A stretch of DNA of 64,000 nucleotides from Schizosaccharomyces osmophilus (GCF_027921745.1 NC_079238.1:4030001-4094000), one strand, 5' to 3'. Numbered from the stretch's first letter, positions 1-12,559 are shown. Notes: generated by a model not told the origin, from the sequence alone. Program-made: numbers and translations.

Positions 1-394
1 TGCCCAATGACCTGATCATTCATAGCAGGAATATACTAGAGTAGAGTTAGCACCTGCTCATCAGACAGGAAAAGACACAACAAGTACATAGACGCCATCG
101 TTTTGCTCTCTCTAGTCATGTCTTCTTTGAGTGATTACAAATCGCACTATCGATTTTTCCTGACTCGAATTTCTTTCTACTTACTCTTTTCATTCTTGTA
201 TCCACCAATACAGTGTTTTTGACTCCCTGATGCAAAATACCAGGTCGAGAGACCTTGATTTTATCTTCATGATCGTGTTTTTGATGAACTAAGCCAGGAC
301 CTAGTCGAACAGTTCCTTGCTCTATTACATTAGACAACTTTACATCGTCTCCTGGAAAGTAGTAAGAAGGACTTGATTCTTTAACTTCTGACAT
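1..394 (-). CDS. rrp40: Exosome cap subunit Rrp40, 5' part; exon 1 394-185, intron 184-36, exon 2 runs off the window start
   Basis: YFPGD...VRLGPGL...PGILH N-terminus; GTAAGT donor at 184, CTAAC branch and TAG acceptor ending at 36; splicing gives KR|YIPAMNDQVIG, the Rrp40 S1-domain start. Confidence 0.88.
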
Positions 395-686
395 GTTGTT
401 ATATTCGAAGTTCTTTATTGCAGTGTTTACCTTGGATGAAAATTACCGTTTTGCGCAGCACTAGAACGCTATTTGAATATAGTGGCTTATTTATGCCTTG
501 GTCCTTTGAACGACGGCTTTGTAAAAACAGTTTACTGTATCCCAACACAGTCTTTTATTACGTAAAGTGTATATAACAATACATGCTTCTTGTCGTTAAA
601 TATTCCTAGAGCACTCCCTTTCACAGTGTTATCTGGTAACAATGACCCATCTTTATAGACACAAACCAATATAAACATATGTCTGA

Positions 687-1283
687 ATGGCAGATAATCA
701 GTACTCCTCGCCGTTAGAAAGGCTAGACGGAATTGTAGACGATGAATTCAATGATAACTGCTCGAATACGGTGTTTGATCCACCATTCTATGGGCATCCC
801 ATGTTGATTCCGCCGTCTCCTTCATTGACTACGATGCTGCGAGCAAGGTCTACCACGCCCGAAGGAGACGAAATTGACGTCTCTGAAATGGATCAGCAGG
901 ATTGGGATATCATGGTCAAGGTCCCTACTTATGAATACTATGGATTCGTTCTGTACCTGGTATCGATGGTCGCTTTTGGCCTCTTCATCTTTTGGGCGAT
1001 TCTTCCAGCTTCTGCGTTAAATTATTTGGAAATACATTCCTACCTTTCTCGTTGGTGGGCACTGGCAATTCCAAGTTGGATATTGGTGCTGGTCATTTAT
1101 ATCCACGTTGCTTTGAGTGCATACAACACCGAAGTGCTGACAAGGCCTCTCAGTAGCTTGGAATTTTTAGTAGATCAATATTCCCAAGTAGGCGAAGAGG
1201 ATGGAGCCGCTTGCGGTCGTGTTGTCGACCTTCGCCTGTGCGATGTAAACCGTCAACGATACGAGGTCACAAATGCAAAGTAA
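687..1283 (+). CDS. mug84: PIG-P/Gpi19 family GPI-GlcNAc transferase subunit
   Basis: PTYEYYGFVLY...W-A-x-x-P...RWWALAIP two-TM PIG-P domain; fungal N-terminal PPFY..PPSPSLT motif. Confidence 0.85.
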   Translation: MADNQYSSPLERLDGIVDDEFNDNCSNTVFDPPFYGHPMLIPPSPSLTTMLRARSTTPEGDEIDVSEMDQQDWDIMVKVPTYEYYGFVLYLVSMVAFGLFIFWAILPASALNYLEIHSYLSRWWALAIPSWILVLVIYIHVALSAYNTEVLTRPLSSLEFLVDQYSQVGEEDGAACGRVVDLRLCDVNRQRYEVTNAK

Positions 1284-1607
1284 GGATGGCTCCAGGAAAT
1301 CAGATGACCTTTATGTTGGCTTTTTTTTCTCTTTTACTACTAACCCTTAATGACACAATTCATGATATGTTTACAAAGATGCTGAGCGAATGTGGACTTC
1401 GGTTCTTTCATTCATAGGATAATAGTTATATTTCATCGTAATCTTTCATTAGATTGACAAATAGAGATAAATGATTTTGCTTCATAGATGAGAAGTCTTT
1501 TGACAGGCATTCATTAGTATATGTATAGATAGTCCAAAACATTGGGAATTTAGTATCTCGAAAGTACTGAGAGAAACAAAGATGCACCCGTTCAGCAAAC
1601 AGCAAAT

Positions 1608-2767
1608 CTATTCCCAATCGTCATCTTCATCATTATCTTTACCTTTATTAGGCTTCGTGTTGTCCTTCTCTGTAGTGGGAGTCTCTGGAGTTACCTTTTC
1701 ATCAGCGTGACTAACAGAAGGAGTTGAAGTAGCGCTCTTCTTTTCGTTTTGTTCCGGGTCAAGCTCGTCCTTAGTATCTTTAGAAACTTCTTCCTTTCTT
1801 TTACTTGTATCCTTATCGGCTTTTTCTTCTTCAACATCGCTTTTTTCATCATCCCAACTAAATATTTCTTCTTCATTGTGTATTGAACTCATAGACTTCG
1901 TTGGTCGAATTCCTTCCTTGTACCAAAAGAAACGTTTCCAAAATGCGTCGTAGGAAACTTGAGAAGGCACCAATTGTTCCATCTGATTACGTAGACTTTC
2001 ATAGGTTTGAAGGAGACCCGAAATTTCATCAGTCTTGCTGTCAATGGAAATCTCCTTTTCCCAATCTTTGTAACCTTCATCAGACACGGGATTTCGAAAC
2101 AGGTCTGAGTTTTCAATCAATCGCAAAATTTGCTTTTCCTGACGGCTCAAACTAAGATGGGTTAGACTCATTCTGTTCAATTAATACGGCAGAATTGTGC
2201 TTCCTTCACATATTGTAAATTGCATGAAGAGTCACTGCTCAACAATTTTATCATCTACTTTACTTACAATAAACTTGCGCGAGAAGATTTGGATCTGCTT
2301 AATCTTGATTCTTCTTCTTCCTTTGGAGTGACCTGCAGCGCTTTATCTAAAAATCCATTGACCGTCGTTCCAAAACTATTCCAATAACGACCTGCTGACT
2401 CTTCCACTTTGCGAATATTCTCCAATGTCGAGCCTGAGGAAGTACCCTCTTCAAATTGTGCTTTCAAATTGCTCACTCCTGTGTTCGCACGCTCTCTTGT
2501 ATCACCTATGAAGCTTTCACCCTTCATACAATGAGTTAACTCATTATCCTCCTTTTATCTCGCATACCTTTTCTTTAAATTTACTCCAGAAGGGACCGAA
2601 TTTTCCTCCAGTTAAGGACTACTCATTGTCAGTTTTAAGCCTTGACGATTTGCACTAAGAAGACATACGTCCAATGCGGATCCCATTTCTTCTTTTAATT
2701 TCTCATATCCTTCTTCGTTTTGCTCTTCTGTTGTAGCATTCGGGCTCATATAATCATAAAGATCCAT
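1608..2767 (-). CDS. BSD-domain protein (Dos2-like), 3 exons; introns about 2567-2522 and 2267-2173
   Basis: LVPSQVSYDAFWKRFF BSD motif, acidic DDDWE end; ATG at 2767, GTATGC/GTAAGT donors join the ORF fragments in frame. Confidence 0.8.
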
Positions 2768-3143
2768 TCTGTCTTCTTTTAAAAATATGTGTAGTTTTCG
2801 TCAGATGTGTCATTAAGGGCGATTGCTGTTTCTCAACTAAAAACACGGCTCACAAGTTGCACGAAGGAAAAGTGTTTAAATAAAAAAGAATTTTAAGACA
2901 ATACGTATTTTTTCCAACTCCATCCCACCTATTGTTCAATGCGGTGTTTCTTTGAATTACAATACTCTGGAAGCTCACTTGTTTATCAAAAATAAAAGAA
3001 TGTAACGTTTTTATTAGAGACTATATACTCTTCATGCTAATAACAAAGGAAAGAGTTGTTATACATTATTTCTGATTTAAAATGGCATTTGAACGACATC
3101 ACACTTTAAAAACCCCGTTAGCTAATATCATGCACTATTTGCA

Positions 3144-3169
3144 AAGATAACATCAGCACCAGTTAGCTT
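3144..3169 (-). promoter_or_regulatory. Ire1 cleavage stem-loop in bip1 3'UTR (UG|C, cut predicted between 3157 and 3156)
   Basis: Minus-strand AAGCUAACUGGUGCUGAUGUUAUCUU; UAAC/GUUA stem with UGGUG|CU loop, matching the S. pombe Bip1 Ire1 site as I recall it. Confidence 0.75.
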
Positions 3170-3450
3170 AGCTAAAGTACATCAACTAACCTAACGGCTT
3201 TTCACAAATGATCGGTCGTTCAGTAAAGGAATAACATGCACTGATATTAATTTCGAAGGGACATCAATTCAGTTATCCAACCTTCGAAGTAACAATGAAA
3301 GCTGCAGCTGAACTCATTAAAATAACTGATTTAATCATAATCATTTTCTCAAGAAACATTAATAAATTATTGGAAACCTTAATATTTTTTAAGATTTATA
3401 TTGTCTTATTAGTGCATGAAAATTTTTGAACGATGGTTCCACATCACACT

Positions 3451-5442
3451 TTAAAGTTCATCAGCATCATCAAAGTCCTCATCGTCTTCGTCAGCTCCAG
3501 CTCCAGCTCCTTCGGAGTAAAGCTTTTGAGTAACAGGATGAACGACTTGATCAACCTTTTGACGTTGATCATCAAGTTCTTCCTTAGATGCCTCAGCACC
3601 TTCGACTTCAAGCCATTCGATAACATCCTCTACGGCGTCTAAAACAGCTTGCTTGTCCTCCTCGCTAACTTTACCACCAAGTTGTTCTTTATCAGTGAAT
3701 TGAGTTTTCAAGGCGTAAACGTAGTTCTCAAGACCATTACGAGCTTCAATGCGTTCCTTCAAAATCTTGTCCTCTTCGGAATACTGCTCGGCTTCTTTAA
3801 CCATACGTTCAATGTCTTCCTCGGACAAACGGCCCTTATCATTCTTGATAACAAGTCTTTCAGGCTTGCCCTTACCAGACTTGTCAAGAGCGGAAACGGT
3901 CAATACACCGTTAGCGTCGACTTCAAAAGTAACTTCAATTTGAGGAACACCACGAGGGGCGGGAGGAATGCCACGCAAGTCGAATTTACCAAGTAGGTTG
4001 TTGTCCTTGGTCAAAGTACGTTCACCTTCAAATACTTGAATCAAAACGGTGTTTTGATTGTCACTGGCGGTAGAGAAAACTTGAGACTTACGAGTAGGAA
4101 TGGGTGAGTTACGGCGAATAAGGTGAGTCATGACACCACCGGTAGTTTCAATACCCAAAGTCAAGGGGATGACATCCAATAGTACAATGTTATCACTTCC
4201 TTCTTCACCAGACAGAACACCAGCTTGAACAGCGGCACCATAAGCCACAGCCTCATCGGGGTTAATACCCTTAGAAGACTTCTTACCAAAGAAGTTCTCC
4301 AAGAGTTCTTGAACCTTGGGAATACGAGTGGAACCACCGACAAGTACAATGTCATCAACTTGTGCTTTCTTGAGTCCAGAATCCTTCAAAACTTGCTCAA
4401 CAGGCTTCAAAGTTCTCTTGAAAAGGTCCATGTTCAATTCTTCAAACTTGGCACGAGACAAAGTTTCAGAAAAGTCCTTACCATCGTGGAAAGAATCGAT
4501 TTCAATACGGGCGGACTTTTGTGAAGACAAAGTACGCTTAGCCTTTTCAACTTCACGCTTAAGCTTACCGATGGACTTGGCATCCTTGGTAACGTCGACA
4601 TTGTTCTTACGGTTATACAAACGGGCCAAGTAGTTGATGATCTTGTTGTCGAAGTCTTCACCACCAAGATGAGTGTCACCAGATGTGGCCAAAACTTCAA
4701 ACACACCATTGTCAATGGACAAGAGAGAAACATCAAAAGTACCACCACCCAAATCATAAACGATAATATGCTTTTCGCTGTCAGTCTTATCCAAGCCGTA
4801 AGCAATAGCTGCGGCAGTGGGTTCGTTGACGATACGAATAACATTAAGACCAGCGATAGTACCAGCGTCCTTGGTGGCTTGACGTTGAGCGTCGTTGAAG
4901 TAAGCGGGAACGGTGACAACAGCGTGGGTGACGGGTTGTCCAAGGTAAGTTTCAGCAGTTTGCTTCATCTTACCAAGAATCATGGCAGAAATTTCTTCGG
5001 GTGTGAATTCCTTTGTCTTACCACCGTAGGCAACTTCAACGAGAGGACGGTTCTTCTGGTTGACAATTTTGAAAGGAAGAGACTTGATATCTCTAGTCAT
5101 AGTCTTTTCGTCAAACTTACGGCCAATAAGACGCTTAATGTCGAAAATGGTGTTTTCGGGATTGGCAGGAGCCTGGTTCTTAGCTGCCTCACCAACCAAA
5201 CGTTCTTCGTCGGTGAAACCAACATAAGAAGGAGTGATACGGCTACCTTGGTCATTGGCGATGATTTCAACACGACCATTCTTCATAACAGCCACACAGG
5301 AGTATGTAGTACCAAGATCAATACCGATGACAGTTCCATAGTTTTCAGTTTCGTTTTTCTCCGAATTGGCGAAAACTGAGGGCAAAAGAACAAACAAAGC
5401 TACAAAGTAGCTGAAAATGCTGAAAAGTTGAAACTTCCTCAT
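3451..5442 (-). CDS. bip1: ER Hsp70 chaperone BiP
   Basis: Signal peptide, [10 protein letters not shown] and TVPAYFND Hsp70 motifs, C-terminal ADEL ER-retention signal. Confidence 0.98.
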   Translation of the reverse strand: MRKFQLFSIFSYFVALFVLLPSVFANSEKNETENYGTVIGIDLGTTYSCVAVMKNGRVEIIANDQGSRITPSYVGFTDEERLVGEAAKNQAPANPENTIFDIKRLIGRKFDEKTMTRDIKSLPFKIVNQKNRPLVEVAYGGKTKEFTPEEISAMILGKMKQTAETYLGQPVTHAVVTVPAYFNDAQRQATKDAGTIAGLNVIRIVNEPTAAAIAYGLDKTDSEKHIIVYDLGGGTFDVSLLSIDNGVFEVLATSGDTHLGGEDFDNKIINYLARLYNRKNNVDVTKDAKSIGKLKREVEKAKRTLSSQKSARIEIDSFHDGKDFSETLSRAKFEELNMDLFKRTLKPVEQVLKDSGLKKAQVDDIVLVGGSTRIPKVQELLENFFGKKSSKGINPDEAVAYGAAVQAGVLSGEEGSDNIVLLDVIPLTLGIETTGGVMTHLIRRNSPIPTRKSQVFSTASDNQNTVLIQVFEGERTLTKDNNLLGKFDLRGIPPAPRGVPQIEVTFEVDANGVLTVSALDKSGKGKPERLVIKNDKGRLSEEDIERMVKEAEQYSEEDKILKERIEARNGLENYVYALKTQFTDKEQLGGKVSEEDKQAVLDAVEDVIEWLEVEGAEASKEELDDQRQKVDQVVHPVTQKLYSEGAGAGADEDDEDFDDADEL

Positions 5443-5670
5443 TTTTATAAAGAATGATTCAGTCTAACCTTGGAATTCTCTATACAATAACAAGACCAAC
5501 AATAAAGACTTGATATTTTTTTTAAAAATATGAACAGGTAATCAATGAAGAATCAATTACTGCACAAATTTTAAAATTAATGCTTTATATACTTTTTATA
5601 GGTTAAGTACAGTTTGGTTTGTGGTAAGTGTTTATACATCGCTCGGAATCCCGCTAAGTAACGCGGGGAG

Positions 5671-5804
5671 CAGTCACATGTCGTTTACTAGTATCTTCCA
5701 GAACACTTTCATTTGAATAAAAATAAGAATGTAGGTGAGAATGTAAACAATTCGCTTCGTAAAGTCTATTTTAGAAATGTAAACAAAGCGATGCTCTGTA
5801 AACA
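5671..5804. promoter_or_regulatory. bip1/acl2 intergenic motif cluster: Homol-D box CAGTCACA plus three forkhead/FLEX sites GTAAACA
   Basis: CAGTCACA 5671-5678; GTAAACA at 5743, 5779 and 5798. Confidence 0.45.
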
Positions 5805-6583
5805 AATAATATGTGTATAAATAATGGATGGAAGAGGCCCATGGTCGCAATTTCAGTATTTATTGAACTCAATAGTTATTAATCTCTCTTTTTTTTTTTT
5901 TTGGAATACAGGGTTCCAAGGAAGGATGTACATTAGATACATACGTTTGTAGTGATCTTTAGGTTTTGAAAAATCTTTTCTTGCTGTTAAAATATCATCC
6001 AGCACATGTCATGAGGTTTATTCTTGTACACTGTACTTTTTGTCTTTTATTTGAACATTTCATTCCTTGCAATGCTACCATTCAAAGTTTGCATAGGTGA
6101 ATGAAATAAAGGTTCGTTTCTAAAAATATAGCCGGGGAAAATGAAATTTATTGAATCGTAGCAACTTTAACTTATGTAACTTGGTAGAAACGACCGCCAA
6201 AGTCCTTTTTTTTCGATTATCAAATTTGGTGTGAGTATTCAATAAGCAAGCTAGGGTTGTTAACTAGTTTTGTGGAAACGCTGAGTTTTAATTAATTGCT
6301 ATAGTATTAGTTTTAAAAATTAATGCAATACTAATAGGAATTTGGCAATGGAAATGAAGATAAGGAGCATACTTGAACGAAAAGATTTGCCTAAATAAGA
6401 GGCCTCTCTTCTTCATCAAAATTTTTTAGTAAAATTGAAAACAATAAAAACTAAAAAAAGATTGTATTCATTTAATTATTGTACTTGTAATCTTCGGTGA
6501 TATAGCGGAATCAACGAGACGCTGTAGCTATGCCTTTCTGTCTTACATACCCTTGATGCTTCTTACTACTGACCAAATTCATC

Positions 6584-8126
6584 ATGTCGGCAAAATCCAT
6601 TAGAGAGGTAAAGAAAAGCAAAGTTATTTTAATTTGAGGAATTCTGTTCATTTACTAACGAATTTTAGTTTGATGGTAAGGCTGTTTTGGCCTATTGGTT
6701 GAACAAGTCTCCTAGCATTTCTAAAGAAGCATACAAAACTCCTTCTACCAATCCAGATACTCGTCTCGCTCATATTCAATTTCCACTACCTAATAGTGAA
6801 GCTCCCGCTAACTCATCTACTTACAAACAAGTTGTTGAGGATGTCTTTGCTGAAGTAGCTCGTCAACACCCTTGGGTCCTTACATCAAAGCTTGTTGCAA
6901 AGCCAGACCAGCTAATTAAACGTCGTGGTAAAACTGGACTTTTGAAATTAAATGCTACTTGGGATGAAGCTAAAGAGTGGATTCGTGAACGTGCTGGTCA
7001 ACCACAGCAAGTCCAACACGCTGTTGGCCTTTTAATTACTTTTTTGGTAGAGCCTTTTGTCCCTCATTCCTCCGATGCAGAGTATTACATCAACATTAAC
7101 TCTGTACGTGAAGGAGATTGGATATTGTTTTGCAATGAAGGTGGTGTTGACGTTGGTGATGTCGACGCAAAGGCTAAAAAGATTTTGATCCCTGTACGTC
7201 TCGAGAACTTCCCTTCTCGTAGTGAAATTTCCAATACTCTTCTTTCAGACATTCCAGAGAAGCAACATGACTCCCTAGTCGATTTCATCATTCGTCTATA
7301 TTCGGTTTATGTTGACTGTCAATTCACGTACTTGGAGATCAATCCTTTGGTTGTTATTCCTAACGGTTCTGGTGCTGATGTGTACTATTTGGATCTTGCT
7401 GCAAAGCTTGACCAAACTGCCGATTTTGAATGTGGTTCAAAGTGGGCTGTTGCTCGTACTGCTGAAGCTTTGGGCATTAAATCCGAAAATGAAGACGATT
7501 CTAAACCTATTACAGCTGACTATGGTCCACCCATGGCTTTTCCAGCTCCATTTGGTCGCGATTTGAGTAAAGAGGAAGCTTATGTTCAAGAACTCGATGC
7601 CAAGACCGGTGCTTCTCTGAAGTTAACCATAATGAATCCCAATGGCCGTGTTTGGAACCTTGTTGCCGGTGGTGGTGCCTCAGTGGTTTATGCTGATGCC
7701 GTTGCTGTTAATGGTGCTGCAGACGAATTAGCAAATTACGGTGAATACAGTGGTGCTCCTACGGATGGTCAAACTTACGAATATGCCAAGACAGTTTTGG
7801 ATTTGATGACCCGTGGCAAGCCCCGTCCCGACGGTAAAATTCTTTTTATTGGTGGTGGTATTGCAAACTTCACTTCCCCTGCTGTAACATTCCGTGCCAT
7901 TTCTCGTGCTTTGGGAGAATTCAAAGACAAGTTGCTTGAACACAAAGTTTCAGTTTGGGTTCGTCGTGCTGGCCCCAACTACCAAGAAGGTCTCCGCGTC
8001 ATTCGCGAGGCTGGCGAAAAGTACAATCTTTCCTTGAAGGTGTACGGTCCAGAATGCCACATCAGCGGTATTGTCCCAATGGGTTTAGGTAAGGCACCTG
8101 TAGCGCCAGAATGGCAAATGGCCTAA
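6584..8126 (+). CDS. acl2: ATP-citrate lyase subunit 2 (ATP-grasp/citrate-binding subunit); intron 6608-6668
   Basis: MSAKSIRE|FDGK after splicing; KPDQLIKRRGK, VAGGGASVVY, LANYGEYSGAP and GGGIANFT motifs. Confidence 0.95.
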
Positions 8127-8499
8127 GAAGCCTTGAGACGTATGATTTTGCAATGTATGGCTACTATTGAATGTTTTGTTCAGATTATATATGTATGTTT
8201 TGGTAATAAATTTGTTTCTTTTCCTTGAGTGATGCTAAATTTGTAAAACGATAGATATACTTTAATTTGTTGCTACGTTTCAGCTTACAGTATAAATAAT
8301 ATTGGTATATTTGCAATCAAAAAAATTCATAAATAAAGAATTGCTATTACCAAGAAGTGCACTTTCCGAGCACTTTTCTAAAAAAAAAAATAAAAAATTC
8401 ATCATCATCATGGCAAACTCGTCATTTATATGGGAAAAGGATTCAGGGAAAGATGGGCAAGACGTAAAATAAATATCAGGTCCCTCTTTTGGTCCATTC

Positions 8500-9282
8500 T
8501 TAAATAGAAGTGTATCCACCGTCAACCTTAAGGTCCAAACCTGTAACATAACTAGCAGCATCACTAGCCAAATATACGTAGGCACCAACCAATTCTCTGG
8601 GTAAGCCAATACGACGGAAAGGTGTGTAGGGAACCCATTCTTCGTGCATTCCACCAGTCATATCAGTGGAGATGTAACCAGGAGAAACAACGTTAACACG
8701 AGCGAAAGGAGCCCATTCAACAGCCAAGCTCTTACAAAGATGAATTACACCAGCCTTGGAAGCATTGTAAGCAGCTTGCTTCTGAGGAACGTTGACAATG
8801 GCACCTGACATAGAGCCAGTAGCAGTAAGACTACCAAATCCTTGCTTTTCGAAAACAGCACCAGCAACGTGACCAACGTTAAAGATACCGTTGAGGTTGA
8901 TATTAATGTCCTTGTACCACTCTTCAGGAGTCATTTCAATTGCAGATTTACCGGTACAAACACCAGCGTTTGCAACAACAGTGTCGATTTGGCCAAACTG
9001 CTTCAAAGCCTCGTCAAACACACTCTTAACTTGATTACAATCACTAACGTTGCATTTTATTGCAATTGCCTTCACACCATACTTTTGACCAATTTCCTTC
9101 GCTTGACTCTCGGCATTGGTGCTATTGTAGGTAATCACTACATCAGCTCCAGATTGGGCAAAAGCTTTAGCAACATCTAAACCGATACCCTTAGAGCATC
9201 CGTAAAGAAGGGCCTTCTTGCCTTTTAGGCTCAAGAGGTCAGTAATGGATCTTTCGTTAATGTTCTTAGCAGGAGGGCTCAT
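8500..9282 (-). CDS. Short-chain dehydrogenase/reductase (sorbose reductase/L-xylulose reductase-like)
   Basis: GxxxGIG, NAG, YNASK catalytic motif, VSPGY, VDGGY; first ATG at 9282. Confidence 0.9.
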   Translation of the reverse strand: MSPPAKNINERSITDLLSLKGKKALLYGCSKGIGLDVAKAFAQSGADVVITYNSTNAESQAKEIGQKYGVKAIAIKCNVSDCNQVKSVFDEALKQFGQIDTVVANAGVCTGKSAIEMTPEEWYKDININLNGIFNVGHVAGAVFEKQGFGSLTATGSMSGAIVNVPQKQAAYNASKAGVIHLCKSLAVEWAPFARVNVVSPGYISTDMTGGMHEEWVPYTPFRRIGLPRELVGAYVYLASDAASYVTGLDLKVDGGYTSI

Positions 9283-10791
9283 TTTCGTTTCTAATTGTGA
9301 TTTTATCAAAAGTTGATGAACTATGCTGCTTCAAGAATATATGGGCGACTATATATAGTCTTCCTCTTGGTCAAATTATTCACGATGATGAAGAAGATGA
9401 TGATGTTGAAAATGATGTTATGCCACATTGATCATTTCAGCGATGATTTCACTTTTGGGTTCGCTTTCTTCTTTCACAGCTTCTTTGATGGAATTACCGC
9501 CGGTAAATACTTGTCACGATAATCCCATGCCACAGTCAGGATTCTCAATTTTTTTTTTTTTTTTTTCGGATGTTTTGTAACTTTCCGCATGAGGTAGACA
9601 TGAATAACAAGTCTGTTTCATAGCTTAAATACATTCTGTTAATATTGAAACCCAAATAAATAAATAAATTAGAAATACAAAAGAGAAGAAAAGCTGCAGA
9701 AAACCTTACTAGTGGCGATTTCTAGATACGTTTTTCTTCTCTTGTATTCCTTCCAAAGTTTGCGACTTCAGAGGTAACCGGCTGTTCCTGTCATTGGGAT
9801 TTTGTGGGATTTTTTGATATCGCCGACCTTTCTAGTTTAGAATTAAATTCATAACCTTCCTTAAATATTTAGAAATACCTTAAAGAATTACTTCTCCCGT
9901 ATATCGTATATTAAACAAAAAAGAAATGTGGGTATGATGTAACCTGACACCGTAATAGGAAGATTGATTCAAGTAGCATCTGACTCTGGAACAGTTTTGT
10001 TTCTACTCTAGCTAGTTATTTCTTTTCTGTTTACCGTGAAGTAAGTGCCTCCTGCACTTTCTTGAACAAATACGTAGTTGACAACACAATATTATGGAAG
10101 TGATGGATGCTCTTCTAAAAGACTAACGAGTACAAAGAATTCTACTTTGATTTCTTGATTTCCTAGTATAAATAAAATGTCTGTTTAAATTGTGTATAAT
10201 TTTTTCTTTGAAATATCGCACCGTTCTTTTCTGTACTACATACGCGATAGTATCATGCATGTCGAGTAATAATAAAGATTTAAAAAAAGCATACTATTCA
10301 TTTCTCATGTGTACCAGGACTAAAATCACAGTGTTTATTCATATACTCTTTACGTATATATACCGACACTAATATTACAGAATATTTTTTTATCGGCTCG
10401 TACGGTCAAGCAATTTTTACAGCACTCAGTTGTTATGCTCACAATCTGAAATAGCAAACAGTCCCCGAAAGCAATTTAGTTGTCGTTAACGGTTTAAACG
10501 TCCATTCCGCCAGTAAACGAAAAAGTTTGCTATTGCTTTGGGAGCTTCATTCTTGATTTTGGAAAAAGTCTTCGCATCTTCTTTTCCGGGGTAAGCTCAA
10601 TCGCTTCACGTTTGGAACTCTCTATTGGGACTTTGGAATTGAATCGCACTTTTTCATCCTGTTTATTTTTTGGCACCCTTTTCTATTGCATAATTTTCCT
10701 GTTTATATTTTCTTGTCATAATACTTGACATCTTTTCATTTTTTTTATCACCGTTCCTGTTTTTGTCACAATCGCTGGATTCCAAACAACT

Positions 10792-11878
10792 ATGTCTCCT
10801 CAAAATCACTTGTATAAAGCCTGCTTGTTTGATATGGATGTATGTTGTCTTGTTCTTAGTTTCTGGTTGAATTCGTTGAATTGTAGCTTGGACCGTAGTT
10901 TGTTTTAATGAGTTAACCATTCTTCTTTGCGTAGGGTCTTCTTGTCGATAGTGAAACCGTCTACACCAAAACTACCAGTATGGATATTGTCAGTGTAATA
11001 CGGTGCCGAAACTAATATTCTCTGCAGATTTGATACTAGAGCGTTATAACAAGGACCCGCTACCTCTTCCCATTAAGGCTCAAATGATGGGTATGTAATT
11101 TCAAGCGATACTTCTCGCTTTCCATAACCATTGGCTCTTCTATTCTTTGCTTACCTTGTTTCAGGTCGTCCTGGTGATAAAGCTGCCGAGGTTGTAATTA
11201 ACTGGTCCCATATCCCCATGACTACACAAGAATTTGTTGACGAACAACAAGTCATTCGCGTATGCATTTTGCTTTCCTTTCTTCCGTTCAAACTAACCCC
11301 CATTCCAGGCAAAATTTTGGTCTTCCATGAGCTTGATGCCAGGAGCTGAAGCTCTTCTCCAATTTCTAAACACTAAAAACGTTGATATGGCAGTAAGTTC
11401 TTTTCCTTTTTCTGTGTGATCAAGGCGACGCTTGTTGCATCTTCCCTAACTGACCTTTTTATTTCCCATATAGTTAGCTACCTCGTCCAACATTGCAAAC
11501 TATCAAATGAAAACCAATCATCTTCGCGACGCATTTGATTTGTTCGGCGACAATGTTATCACTGGTGATGATCCTCGCATTCCTCCTGGCCGTGGAAAGC
11601 CCCATCCTGACATCTGGCTTCAAGCTCTAAATTTAATTAATCAAACCCGCGGAAAGCAAAGTCTTCCTCCATTGTCTCCGAAAGATTGCATTGCTTTTGA
11701 AGACAGCGTTCCTGGCGTTAAGAGTGCAAAGGCCGCTGGCATGCATGTCATTTGGGTTCCCGATGCAGCAATTCTTAATCTCTTTCACGATCAATTAAAA
11801 GAGCTTGTTGATGATCAGTGTGAACTTTTAATGAATTTAGAAGAGTTTCAACCCAAAAAATACCTTTCAGGTGCTTAG
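10792..11878 (+). CDS. HAD-superfamily phosphatase (HDHD1/pseudouridine-5'-phosphatase-like), multi-exon
   Basis: Exon 1 MSPQNHLYKACLFDMD spliced (intron 10840-10934) to GLLVDSE gives HAD motif I; GKPHPDIW and AFEDSVPG motifs in the last exon; several GT..CTAAY..AG introns. Confidence 0.88.
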
Positions 11879-12559
11879 ATATCTGTTCACCGATACTTTA
11901 TAAATGTGCATGCGAGGAAAAGGAAAAACCCAAGACACGGCACACCTAATTTGGTTTTTAGCAGATTGAAGAAAAGTTTTTGCTGTTTACTGTTTCATAG
12001 AGAGAAAATTGGAGTTCATGGTTTATAAAAATATCCTTTTTGATTGTTCATTGTTCATTGAAAATAGAGAATTAGGCAGGTATAAAAGCAGGCAAAAGTA
12101 GAAACGATGTACATAATCATAACATTTCTCTATGTAATGGTACAAAATAAAATACATAGAAATCAAACAGGAAAAAGAAAAAAGGTCCTTTTTTTAAAAG
12201 AATAAAAAAGACTTTGGGATAAAACGAAATTCCAATGGGTTTAAACAATCACAAAAAGCTAAAAGTTTTTCTGAAACACCAATGAAAAGAAACCTAAAGC
12301 AAAAAAAACGAAGGTACTAGACCGGAAATTTGAATTTAGACAAAGATTAGGTTGATGAATATATTTTTAAAAAACCATCAAAGTCATTGAAAAGAAGGCA
12401 AGGTTCCTCATCGTATCGTTCATTAAATATCTTTGCACTGTCAACATTAAATATGCAATATGTAGAAATGTAAACATCCATTAAATACACATTCATAACA
12501 TATTTTGACATATCTTGGGCACAGAGGTGAAAGGGTTCAAAAATTCGCAAACAAGTATC

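Noticed and set aside
3433..5379. Long antisense ORFs over bip1 (e.g. 4669-5379, 236 aa)
   Set aside because: Typical antisense shadow of a highly codon-biased Hsp70 gene; no independent motifs
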